In this document: positions 12,113 to 24,036 of the stretch, one piece after another
Layout of the letters: every line of letters starts with the position of its first letter
How positions within the stretch are numbered: position 1 is the stretch's first letter
DNA from: Podarcis melisellensis
Lineage: Eukaryota
Direction: 5' to 3' (one strand)
DNA: 64,000 nucleotides
NCBI GenBank assembly: GCA_964234715.1
Contig: OZ174280.1
Made by a program: the position numbers and the translations under genes
Notes under the pieces: generated by a model
The model's input: the letters and a program-made list of their open reading frames with translations, nothing else
Databases searched by the model: none
Told to the model about the DNA's origin: nothing

Positions 12113-12408
12113 CAACAACAACAACAACAGCAACAACAGATTTATATGATGCCCATCTGACTGAGTTGCCACAGTTACTCTGAGCAGCTTCCAACAAGTT
12201 AAAATCATTAAGCACAGTAAAACATCAAACATTAAAAACTTCCCTAAACAGGGCTGCCTTCAGATGTCTTCTAAAAGCCATATAGTTGCTTATTTCCTTG
12301 ACATCTGATGGGAGGGTGTTCCACAGGGTGGGTGCAACAATCAAGAAGGCCCTCTGCCTGGTTCCCTGTAACCTGACCTCTCGCAGTGACGGTACCACCA
12401 GAAGGTGG
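12113..12408 (-). mobile_element. L2 LINE 3' fragment
   Basis: (CAA)n tail, 'cccatctgactgagttgccacagttactctgagcagcttccaaca', upstream ORF2 end 'gggagggtgttccacagggtgggtgc..aagaaggccct'. Confidence 0.75.
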
Positions 12409-13479
12409 TAAATACAATCACATGTTTTACTTGTCTTCCGTTTTGATACTTGCAGGTTCCTCAGTAGCTATAATCCTGGGTATAGATACTCATGTCAAAT
12501 ATGAGCAAAGGAACATGTGATCTTTAGTAAACAATGAATATTTAATACTCAGCTTCATGCCAGAAATTATTGTTTTATTTTTATTTATCCTACTTTGCTT
12601 ACCTGTCCCTTAACATGCCTAAGATGTAATTCCTTTACAGAGTATCAAATCATCAAAATAATTTATCAGTTTTAAGGTGCCCTGAGCTTTAGAGCAGTCT
12701 TTTCTTGCTGATCTGTACACAGCTAATTTATTATAATGATTGAAAACCAAAATAAAAAGTTAACTTGTCTCCTGACTGAACACAGAACTCCAAGGGACTA
12801 AATCCATCTATGTGCTGAATTGAAGTCTGCTCCACCAATACTTAAAACATTAAGCTTTTCATTTTATTTTTAAGTAAATGCACCATTAAAGCAAAAACAA
12901 GATTCAGAACTTATATAAGTTACATGTTTGAAACCATTAACATTTCCTCCCCTGGTTTCTTGACTTTTTAAACCTGTTTTCAGTATGTGTATCTATATAT
13001 CCAATAAGGTATTTCATTACATCTTTTGGTAGTTCTGTTGTAATGACAGAGAAATTGCTTCAGACGTGCTTAGTTCACATCACTCCATGCGCTAGAGTAG
13101 CTCAAGAAGTTCTGGCCTAACATGATAGAAATAATAGGAGAGAGAATATTAAAGACAAATTGGCACATAAAATCCACCTGGAAAAAAACAATATTGTTTT
13201 AGCTATTACCCAACCATTTCTCTGATTGAATCAGAATTGGACAAAGCACTTTTTCTCCCCATAATTCATTATCATTACCTTGTCCCTAAAGTCTTTATGG
13301 CTTTATTTAGTGCTCAACCAGACATCCTATCAAAAAACTAAGCAAAGTGGGAATAGGGAGAGGAGGGAGGAACGCTGCAGGTCTAGCCCCTCAGATCGCA
13401 CCAGAGTATCAGTATCCATTATCTGACATCTGCCCCAGATTTTTCCCTCCTCACCAAAGCTCAGGCAGAGTTCTATTGT

Positions 13480-13900
13480 TTTAGCTGACTGTGCTTGACA
13501 GCAGAGATGACTGATTAACGTGACAGACAGTGTTTCAATAGAGAGTGTCGCCTGCTTTAGCTCAGGTCTGTCTACTCCAGTAAATCTTTGCTTTTATCAG
13601 CCTGGTGCAACTGGCTCATTTAGACCAGATCAGTGGCAGTCCATCTCTTTACAGCCCCTTGTCAGTGACAGCCTTCAGGTGCCTAAGCACGCCAGGTTTG
13701 ATCTGAGTCAAACTCCAGTGTGAAAAAGGGATTAACCTGTAAGATTGCGGCTGGGCCTCTCTTGTAAGCGCCTTTCCGACACTGACAAGAGGAGCTGTAA
13801 ACTCTATTATGCCAGGTAAACTTCACTTTTGTTTCTTTGCATCCCACACTTCCTTTGCATTCGTTTTAGCCAACCGACGTGGGTTGTTCTAACAAGAAGG
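13480..13900. promoter_or_regulatory. Candidate enhancer / conserved non-coding element
   Basis: Repeat-free, with clustered TGACAG/TGTCA (MEIS/TALE) sites, TGAGTCA (AP-1) and GGATTA (OTX/PITX). Confidence 0.4.
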
Positions 13901-14176
13901 TTTTCATAAACATTGTGCTGGGCAGACTAGACTGTTTATTCTTTAAGGGGGGGAGGCTGGGGAGGGAGAATCTGTGTATATCTCTGCAAAACACGAGGTA
14001 TTTATGATTTTGTTGCAAAACCGGGTATTAAAAAAATGCTCAGCTGGAATTGTTATTTTCTTTAGGCTTCATATTTTGCAAGAAATGTAAAATGAGGTGA
14101 ATAATTGGGATTTAAAGGGCAGAGCAAGTTACATGGCACTAATAAGGCAAAAAAAGGTAACTTTTGCACTCATAAC

Positions 14177-14320
14177 TAGAATCGAAGAGTTGGAAGGGAC
14201 CTCGAGAGTCATCTAGTCCAACCCCTGAGAGTGCAAGAATCCTGCCCACAGTGGTCCCTGGGTGGACTCGAACCACCAACCTTCTGGTAAGCAGCCAGAG
14301 AGGTGTACTGACCTGTCACC
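14177..14320 (-). mobile_element. tRNA-head SINE with CR1-derived tail
   Basis: 'agagttggaagggacc..gtcatctagtccaacccc' tail; reversed B box 'ggactcgaacc'. Confidence 0.7.
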
Positions 14321-15059
14321 ACAAAGAAGACTTAAGTGTGTTTTGTTTGGTCTCTCGGGGGGAGATTTCCTTATTCAGAAATACTCATAAGACCATACTA
14401 AAACAACCTTATGGTGATTGTAGATCAATCCAGCTCAGTATTGTCTCTGCTTCCTGGGAACAGCTTTATGAAGTTTCAAAACATCCATCTTTCCCAGCCC
14501 TGCTAGGCATTTCAAGGGATTGATCCTGGACCTTTTGCCTGCAAACCAAGTGGTACCCTGCTGAGCTGCAGCCGTTCCTCATCTATTTGGAAAGAGAGAG
14601 AGAAGGGTCTTTATTAGCTCTTTGAGGCAGTACATGAATAAAACTCCACTAATCTTCAGCTGATTAGGAGAGCTCCGAAGAAAAGAAAAAAGCAGCACAC
14701 AGACTTCTGTTCCGTGTCCAATTGCACTCACACTTATGCATACTGGGATCAATGGAACTTGCGGTGAATACCTGGCTAAGGGATGGTAGCCAGTTGAGAT
14801 TATTGCTACATTCCCAACCCGCAACCCAGTCCTCTGCTGCTCCTGCGCACAGCATCCGGACAGCCATTTAGATGGCTGGATTTCCCCATCTGTCACAATA
14901 TACAGCTTCTTTTCAACATGCTGATGATTTTGGGCTTGCAGCTGGGGCAGAGCTTGAGAGGCTTGCTTTACTGGCTTTCTTGCTATTTAGGTGTTTTATT
15001 TTATAGATCTTTTTCACTGAGCCACCTAGAATATAGAATAGAGTAGGGAAGAAATAATA

Positions 15060-15411
15060 GGGGCGCAGGTGGCGCTGTGGGTTAAACCACAGAGCCTAGG
15101 ACTTGTCAATCAGAAGGTCGGCGGTTCGAATCCCCACGACGGGGTGAGCTCCCGTTGCTCGGTCCCTGCTCCTGCCAACGTAGCAGTTTGAAAGCACATC
15201 AAAGTGCAAGTAGATAAATAGGTACCGCTCCGGAAGAAAGGTAAACGGTGTTTCTGTGTGCTGCTCTGGTTCGCCAGAAGCGGCTTAGTCATGCTGGCCA
15301 CATGACCCGGAAGCTGTACGCCGGCTCCCTCGGCCAATAAAGCAAGATGAGGGCCGCAACCCCAGAGTCGACCACAATTGGACCTAATGGTCAGGGGTCC
15401 CTTTAGCTTTA
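15060..15411 (+). mobile_element. Sauria SINE (POM-type), full length
   Basis: Colinear and highly similar to 3088-3437; TSD GGAAGAAATAA (15047-15057, 15413-15423). Confidence 0.95.
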
Positions 15412-15706
15412 AGGAAGAAATAAATGGTGCAATCCAGTGTTACCGAGTAGTTCGGCTCAGCTGGAACTCTGCACGTGGCCCAAGACCAGGTGTGTGATGT
15501 GGCTTTGCTCTGAACAATGAGTGTTGCTTGTGGTGAAGACAGAATGTGCCAAACAACCGGCATATCCAGTTGTCTTGATAAAACCAAGCACCCTACTTTC
15601 TTATTTATTTATTTAGATTTATTTTTTTTTTGGATGTTTAAACTCAGCCCCTTTTAGCAAGGATGAAATAATCCCATTCAAATAAGGTGCCCTTGTGGCT
15701 GAAGGG

Positions 15707-16332
15707 TGTGGGATGTGATCCATGAAAGGCAGCCAAGTACAACATTCCTTGAGATGCTAGAGAAGACATGCGAGGGAATGTTTGGTACAGCCTGTCGACA
15801 CTTCCTGTTCCTCCTGGCTGGAGCATCCTTCCTTTTGCATGTGATAGAAGGTGGGCGTGACCTAACCTGTCCAGGTAACAAAAGGATGAGTCACGTAGCA
15901 CCCTTCCCTCTTTTTTACTTCCTTTTTCGTTTGACCAGCTTTTTGGCTAGGAGTGCTCTGCTAACTCTCAGCTAGCAGCAGCACTGGGATCATTCCCCCA
16001 CATGAGGTAGACCCACATGTACATATTTGTAACTAAGTCTACTTTCAACTGTGAACTCATGTAAGTAAACTTCTTTTATTGACTTTGGCTAAGATTGTGG
16101 CGTCTTTATTCTTTTAAGAAGGATTCAAGGGAACTTACCAGGAACATACAATTCAATCTGAGACAGACTGAATTGTGTAATAGTGAGAGGCTCACACGAG
16201 CCTGCAACCAGCTACCTGCTGTGCATGTAAAAGGGGAATGTAACTCTGCTAAGTAAAGGAACTTGCTAGCGCAAGTTAGGAAGGATATTAATAAACAATA
16301 TATCCTCTCCTGCCACCCTGAATATTCCCACA
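15707..16332 (+). mobile_element. Solo LTR
   Basis: Inverted termini TGTGGGA/TCCCACA; perfect 5-bp TSD AAGGG (15702-15706, 16333-16337); AGTAAA/AATAAA signals inside. Confidence 0.85.
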
Positions 16333-17345
16333 AAGGGTAGGTAAGGGCAGCAGGGCATTCTGAAGAATGTGCGCCCCAGTCCCCCATGCTATGCCTCTGA
16401 ATCACAGCCGATGCAATTCCTTTTATGAGGCACAACTGCCTTCACTGAAGATCCCAAGAATAGTAGCTCAAATGCCCCCAAATTAGTGCTTTTGGGGGTC
16501 TCATGTATAACATACAAACTCATATACATGTATGTAGGGACACAGGAGCAGATCTGGTAACAACCACTTAACAAGTTGTTAAGCAAGTTCAAATCCTATT
16601 GATTTCAATAGGAGCAAGTGCTTCACTCTCTACCACTGAAATCGATAGACAATGCCCCTCTCAAAAAAAAATGTAATAAAATAAACAAGTAGCTTAACTG
16701 CAGCTCCATTACTTGCCCTTCACACCGCTGCAGCTTAGAATCAATATACACTAAACCTAAAACCGATTTGGCCAGAAGATAAATACCAATGTGCACATTC
16801 ACAGTGCAATCCTAATTTTCCTGGAGTTCAATGGGCTTACTTCCATGTAAATGAGCCTAGGATTACAACCTGAAAAACTCACCAGACAAAATAAGTTGCA
16901 AAGCAACAAACAGATTTGTTTAAGCTTTACTTTCCATACAATCTCATTTTCCGCTTCCAGGTTCTTCTGTTGCATGTAATGTGGTCCTTTCTATACAATT
17001 TCCTTTTTCCCCCAGTGGCTCTGTCCTTATTCTGTTGCTCTATTTTCCATGCTTCTATAGTCATTACACAAAGGTGTTCCTGTAAATATGATCCACTTTT
17101 GCGGAGAGTTGCAACAACTGGAAAGTGGTCCACACACCCAGTTTGGGGTGCTTCTCCACACCCTGGGCAGTCTCCCATACTCCCCTCCCATATTGTTCAG
17201 GTGAGGTCCCCCAAACATCTGGAGAGGATTTTCAAGAGGTGCAGGCAACTGCAAGGGAACAGAAGTGACAAGAAACATCCCTTTCAAGAACTTCCTTCTC
17301 TTCACATCCCTGTGATCGTGTTTAAGGGTTGAAGTTTCTCATTAC

Positions 17346-18125
17346 TGGGGATGAGAAGGTTCATTTGATTCAGTTTGCTTTTAAAGGTGGGCCTTCCTAA
17401 TTTTTATTTTCCAAACAATATGTGAACCGAAACACAGCCGAACTTTGAAATTCACATTTCTCTGAATTTTGCAATGCCATGTAATAGGTACAAAAATCCA
17501 CAAACTAGGGTAAAGCATGGATAAAATGCATATTTTAGTTAAAGTGCCACCCAAAGCGCAGTAGGCAAGGGGAAATCGCTTTGCAAAAGTGTGAATATTA
17601 GGCAAATATTGCATTGTTGTACCTTGGATCTCAAATACCTTGGCTCCTGAAAAAATGGGCTCCCAAACAATTGAAACCTAAAAAAATTCCTTCCAGGAGC
17701 ACCTTAAAGACCAACTAAGTTAGTTCTTGGTATGAGCTTTCTTGGTATGAGTTAGTTTTTGGTATGAGCTTTCTTGGTATGAGTTAGTTCTTGGTATGAG
17801 CACTGAAACCTAGAACGGGTTTCAGAAGCCAAACATCTGGCACAGCTTCCGTGGCTTCCAATTGGCTTCAGGAGCTTCCTGCAGTCAATCAGAAGCCATG
17901 CTTTGGTTTCCAAATGTTTTGGAAGTTGAACAGACTTCCGGAACAGATTCCGTTCAACTTCCAAGGTATGACTGTATTAGGAAAAACTGACAATAAGATG
18001 CTGCTGAATGTTCACGAGAAATTGTTGTTGTTTTTTTAAATAAATCACAAGATGTGGAAATGTGGACAGCTGAAGTTAGGAATAGAGAAATGAGAAACCT
18101 AAATTGACAAATTTACCCATCCTTA
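17346..18125 (+). mobile_element. hAT-like non-autonomous element with internal insertions
   Basis: Termini TGGGGATGAG / CCCATCCTTA; degenerate 8-bp TSD ctcattac/gtcgttac; body shared with 29081-29486. Confidence 0.6.
17690..17806 (-). mobile_element. Penelope-like element terminus with internal 32-bp tandem repeat
   Basis: 'gcaccttaaagaccaactaagt' Penelope-type end; unit ttagttcttggtatgagctttcttggtatgag x2.5 (17720-17801). Confidence 0.7.
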
Positions 18126-19802
18126 GTCGTTACTACTCCATTTTCGCCAAGGTCAGATTAGTACACAAATTCAAGCTCCAATTGGAGCCCCCAAATTCAC
18201 CATCTTGGCATGAGCATACATTTAAGAAATGAAGTTCTGTTTAGTCTGTAAGAGAAGCATCAATTATACTCAACGTATAGCTGTATTTTACTCTGACTTT
18301 TCAGCTGAGAGGAGAAAAGAGAAATAAATTTGAAGAAATATATAAACTATTAAGGACAGCTTCCTATGATACAGCAACAGAGGATGTGTAAGTGAGAACC
18401 ACTTACTCTTGAATTTCTCGCATGGAGAGAAATGTGACCTGACTCCACTTCAGGAACGCACATGCAGAGGAATGTGTGATTGTTTCCCCTTTCAAAGATT
18501 GCACAGGAATCACAATGAGTACAACTCACTTGTTCTGCCAACCTTGGGAACCATGCTTGCATTTCAACTGGAACACGCCTGCCAACAATGTCATCGCAGC
18601 ATCTTTATACGGAATGTGCCTTCTTTTCCATCTCATTTCTGAATCTTCCTCTGTATGTATTATTTCCTCTCCCCCCCCCCACACACACACTTTTCCCCCC
18701 TTCAGCTACCCTAGAGTTATTTGACAGGTCTTGATTAGTACCATATTAGTTCCTTTTCTGTGCAACAGACCAGTCTATAGAATTATAGTCTATGATAACA
18801 AGGGCTATTCTTCCATGCATGATAGAACATTTGAGATGGGGAGAGAGAAAAGACTGAAAGCGTGTTTAGGTTTGGTAAGCTGGGTTTCTATAGCCAACTA
18901 AATGAGTCCACAGTGATGCTCAGAGTTTCATAATTAGATAATGCTATTGTTCAAAATCAGACAATGCCCATTTACAGTTCAATAAACAATTTGTCATGCT
19001 TGCTCAGAGCAGACCCTGATGTCAATGCAAACAGTTAGTGCAGAGTTAGTGAAATAAATTGGCCTCCCAAGTGAATAAACTGAGCACAATGCAAGGACTT
19101 TTCATCAGTACCAACCAAGGAAGATGTTAATTTATAAAGGGTGGGTTTTATTGTTTTGTTTTTTTAAGTGGTCTTTCATAAGTGCTGACATTTAGAGAAA
19201 TGTCTCAACCATTTTCCGGCTGAAAAGAGAAAGTGAACAAGGAAGTGGCTGGAGAAAAATGAATTCCCACAGCTGTGGAAATATGGCAAGACAGAGGATG
19301 TGACAGATACCAGAATGTCAAAATCCTCTGAAACAGAGATGGGCAGAGGTTTTTAAAAGTGCAAACATGGCTGCAATCCACTGGCTGTGCTTGCTTCTAG
19401 TAACAGACTGTATTATACTGTAAAGCATCCTGTAATCTTTGGCAGAAGGGCAGTAAATAGATAAAATTTGAGAATGGCAATCCATACTCAAGTAGCATGT
19501 GGGATATCTGTATTTGCACACATACACACAAAAAGGCCTGAAATGTCCATCTCTAACATGTCTAAAGCTGAAATCCTTATACAAACTTACCTGAAAGTAA
19601 GTCCTGCTGAACTCAGTGGGGGCATATATAGAATTGTACTGCAGCAGAAATCAGACAGGGCTAGCATAAAACAGTATTCTAAACAGTTTCCTCTATGCTG
19701 TGTGGTGTAGAGAGCAGGGACTAGAGAGAAATTCGATCCAGTCCACATTTAAAGGTGGGAAAGGACACATTCAGGGGCACACAGGGCTCTGTTCCCCAAT
19801 AC

Positions 19803-19877
19803 CTCGCCAACTTTATCGACTCCACAGCATCCATTGCCTCTGTGACCGCCTCAGTCTGCCTAATAGTAAGGCTGGAC
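19803..19877 (-). CDS. Candidate 75-nt internal exon of an unidentified gene (R)SSLTIRQTEAVTEAMDAVESIKLA(R/S)
   Basis: Acceptor tacttatacag|GT, donor GAG|gtattg, length divisible by 3, only one open frame (phase 2-2); peptide not recognised. Confidence 0.3.
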
Positions 19878-21189
19878 CTGTATAAGTACATGTGTTGTAA
19901 GTCTGTACCGGGTCTCAAAAATGATGCTTGGACTTAGACTGTCTAGAGATGGAAGGGTCAGGTGGAGGGGCCTGATGCCTTGGGATACACAGCGTCTCTT
20001 CTCTGACAGAATCTGGCCATTTGCTATATTTTTTTCAGCCCTCTGATGTAGTTGGGTAACTTGAAATGGAACAGGTGGTCAAAAAGAATTCCCTTTCCTC
20101 TACTGAGGCTTCCAAATAGGTGCAGTTGCTGTCAATTCTTGGCAAAGCACAAGTTCCACAGTTCCGTTTTAATCATTAATGCTGTGCCACAGTCCATGCC
20201 CAACAGATCTGCAATACCAGAAAATGCCTACACCTTAAACATTTATTTGCTGTACCTAGCAAAGCTTAGAATAGTCAGGTTAGTTTCGCAAGTGTAAAGA
20301 CAAGATAGATTCAAAAAATAAAACAAATAAAATAAGATCCATTTTCCACAGCTCCCTATAATAAAGAACTTCAAAATGCAATAATCCCTATCAACATTTT
20401 AGTGTCAATAGGAAGGATCATCAGTATTTGTAGCCTATATTGAAATGATGGAAGAATGATAGAGCATATTAACTTCCACTTTTCCCAAGACAAAGGCAAC
20501 TCACAATGTTGCTATTTCCATGGAAAATATTTGCCTAGCCTTAAGTCATCATTCCCCACTTTGGGCCATTAATTCATGTATGTCTAACAAAATCAGGGAG
20601 AGTTTGTGACAGCATTTGTAAATTATAAATGACCAAGGAAGTCATTACAAGATGACGAGTCTGTCCTGCCGTTTCCTGCATTGTTCATAATACATTACGC
20701 TGTGACATTTATAAAAATGAAAAACAAATAGAAATTAGATTTAAGTCCAAAATGATTAATCATATAAATACTATTGAACTATTTTTAAATTAACTGTTTA
20801 AAAATACATAATTTATTTGCTCTTAAAATGCCATTACTTTATTTTATGGCTATTCATAAATTAACTATTGAACCAAAATGACTTTTCACTTTCTGATTTC
20901 AATAATTTCCTCAACGACTCTGAAACATATGTACTCAGGGTCTTCCCAGCTGCTGTTATTAACTCAAATCTAGTCTCGCCACTAGTCCTTCAGAAATTCA
21001 GCATGGCTATAAAACTGGCATCTGAGAAGATCCATTTAAATCTGGCCCTCATGATATACTAATCTCCTATTAGTTAACATGTAGATAAGATGCAATGTAA
21101 ATTGCAGCCCTTGCCACTTCCACCTTCACAACTTCCCTGTAAGTCAGATGACTACGGTTCACAAAGTACACACGGGCAAAATGCTTCCT

Positions 21190-21760
21190 AATTAGCCACA
21201 CCTGGCATCAGATGCCACCTACCCTTCACCCACCTCCCCAGGGCACAAGCCTGGGCAGTGCGTATGGAGGTCCTGGGCTGCCAAGACAATAAGGACCCCA
21301 CCCCACTTGCCGTTGCTGATATCGTCCAAAGGAAAGCAGAGCAATACGTCTGCAGCAGCTTAGCTGCATCAGTTGCCGGAAAGGCACCATCCAACCATCT
21401 AAGGCACCATCCAACCATCTAAGGGACTCCACTCCGGATTTGTCTATGCAAAGGTTCACTCCTTAATCTTCACTTCTCCTGGAGATATCCCACAAGGCAG
21501 CAGAGGTTTAGGATCCTTCGCCTAGATGGGCTACCTTCCCAAGTTGACGAGCCCCATCTGTCCTCATTTCCCTCTACAACACATGCAGAAGCCGCCTTCT
21601 TGGCCGTTGGACCCACTATTGGTCTTGTCTGCTCAATCTGCTGGAGCCTGTCTTTGCATGCGATTCCCATGTTGTGGCCGTTGTCTCATGCTGACAGCTT
21701 TTAGGAGCCACAGGTGAGAGCTGAGTGCAGGGTGGGGATCAAAGGTGGACAAACTACCCA
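21190..21760 (-). mobile_element. RTE-clade non-autonomous element (5'UTR-derived)
   Basis: Reverse complement contains 'cagatggggctcgtcaacttgggaaggtagcccatctagg..cctaaacctctgctgccttg', typical of RTE 5'UTRs; second copy at 45920-46208; internal 20-bp duplication aaggcaccatccaaccatct. Confidence 0.7.
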
Positions 21761-21949
21761 CAGCATGTCCCCCACCAGAGTTGCTACCTTTCCCCTAACA
21801 ACCCATACACCCCGTTGGTCATTGTGGTCCTACGATGTTTGGAGGGTCACAGGTTCCCCTCCTTAACTGGGTGTGCAATGAGATATGACCAGATAGCAAA
21901 TGTTAGCATCATGAACAAAAATCAGCTGTAACTAATGCAAGCAACAAAA

Positions 21950-21966
21950 ATGATGATGATGATGAT

Positions 21967-22012
<46 letters not shown>
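21950..22012. repeat. (GAT)n plus (GT)n microsatellite
   Basis: Direct reading. Confidence 0.95.
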
Positions 22013-22013
<1 letters not shown>

Positions 22014-22166
22014 TTAAAGGTAACAGAGGCCCTGGGGGGGGATTGCAGCAACAATCCCATTTAAAAAGTAACTTTTAAATCCTTCCACTGTAGTGTAAAT
22101 AATTGCAAACAGATTTGTCAGACAATGAGATAAAGCAGAAACAATTCTGAAAATATTCATCTAGAC

Positions 22167-22302
22167 CAGGCTTCCTCAACCTCGGACCTCCATATGTTTT
22201 TGGCCTACAACTCCCATGATCCGTAGCTAGCAGGACCAGTGCTCAGGGATGCTGGGAATTGTAGTCTCAAAACATCTGGAGAGCCAAGGTTGAGGAAGCC
22301 TG
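22167..22302. mobile_element. Palindromic hAT MITE
   Basis: TIRs CAGGCTTCCTCAACCT / AGGTTGAGGAAGCCTG; perfect 8-bp TSD ATCTAGAC. Confidence 0.93.
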
Positions 22303-23993
22303 ATCTAGACCCCACAAATCGCATCAGAAGCCACCAACAGATGGCACAAGTGATTGACACATGAATAGGCTTGCCGCTTCATTTTCAGCTGCCTAACAAG
22401 AAAACTTTCAGCAGCTCATCCTCCGTCAATCACATTGAGGCAAGCATCTGTCATGTGGAATTTACCAAATTACCTGGGGGGCGGGGTTAGTGCCGATCCT
22501 AAATGTAGTTGGTTGGCTTGGGGGTGGGGATACCCAGGTACCTCAGGTAAGTGAGTCAGGCCACATTGGCATAAGGTAATGTAAGACACAAGAAATTCAG
22601 TTTCAAGAGGAGATAACAGAAAGCAGAATGGTAAGAAGAGGGGGTTAAATATGCGTTGGAAGTGAAAAGTTGCCAACATTAAAAATCACATTGTTTAAAC
22701 TCTGTGTTCGGCCTGGAATAGACAACCTTTCTCCATCTTTCAAAAATATATTAGAGATATCAGAGATGTGGTTAGGCCCTTATTCACTTGAATATAAACT
22801 ACTATAAGATCATCCATGACCGATATCTCTCGCTCCCTCCTGCACTCACTCTCTGTATATGTGGGGGGGGGGGTTGACTGGCATCTCTATGGATAATTAG
22901 CCTTTCATTGAGGAAATCTATAACCAGGGTGAAGTATGTCCACTTGGGTGACCAGCAAATCAGCTCTTACGGGGACAGGCTATGAGTCATTTCACTACAA
23001 TCACCAATCTTAAATCTTCTGGTCTAATTACTGCCTTGCCCACATCACCAGAGCAGTAAACACAACATCTGAGTGATTCTAGCTCCCACTTAATGAGCCA
23101 TTAAAAGGCTCATCAATAATTTCAGCCATGAAATATTTGGCAACTAATCACTCTAATAGGGCAACAGGCTTGCCATCTTCATGTAAAATAATGTAATCAA
23201 AGCTAAGTGCTGGAGTTCATGTTTGGTTTGGGATAGAACTTGCATTGCATCATTTTCTGCTACAAGACATTCAAAAGCATGCACGTTTCCTTCAACAGGA
23301 ACTTTCTCAAATTGTCCACTGTATTTCACAACACTGCGCACAGAATGGCTGTGCTGTAATTTGCCGGCTAAAAATGGGTAGCAACTCTATTAAGTTAGGT
23401 GCGGACAGCAGTGATTTGATGCACAAGATAAACAATTAAACTAATTGTGCATTTGAATTGGCACTACATTTAGAGAGGAAACTGTGCCTTCGAGTGGGAA
23501 GCATAAAACGTAGTTAAAGTTATTATGGATAATAATACACATACACCACAGTAAGTTGGATCTCAACATGAAAACCATATTGCCAGTTTTGCAAATAAGT
23601 GTCCTGAACATGCAATGGCATCGTGGCAGAAAGGCAAAAACAGCCACAGAAATGAGGGGCAGATTTCACTCATCTTTATATGTGTTAGATTTGATACACA
23701 TCCATCTCTCTTTGGAATTAGTACTCAGATGTTCCCTTAGCCCGACTACAAAAAGGAGGCATTTGCTATATAATTTTTGAAATGTGTGTCTTCACCAGCT
23801 TGTCTTCATTTTTCCCCCTCCCACTATTCATTCCACTTCAAGTATCTCACTTTGCACATGTGTTAAGGTACAACTAAACGATCAGCTGCTAAATTTGCTT
23901 TTTGAAGATGTAAGAATAAAAGAAAGACATAATCAAAATACTTCCAGCTTTTTTTTGTCTCGGTGAGGCATCTGCGACATTTTGTTATTTCCA

Positions 23994-23996
<3 letters not shown>

Positions 23997-24033
<37 letters not shown>
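23997..24033. repeat. (TAT)n microsatellite
   Basis: Direct reading. Confidence 0.95.

Positions 24034-24036
<3 letters not shown>

Noticed and set aside
15061-15076. CTCF-like GCAGGTGGCGC
   Set aside because: It is the SINE A box with one substitution and lacks the 5' CC of the motif
17720-17801. CRISPR-like repeat-spacer array
   Set aside because: Spacers are 2-4 nt and non-unique, there are no cas genes, and the context is a eukaryotic Penelope element
18240-18340. Strong minus-strand splice acceptor at about 18304
   Set aside because: Stop codons in all three frames within 40 nt and no convincing donor
19150-19245. Minus-strand acceptor at about 19219
   Set aside because: No good donor and an unrecognisable peptide; such pyrimidine tracts are common
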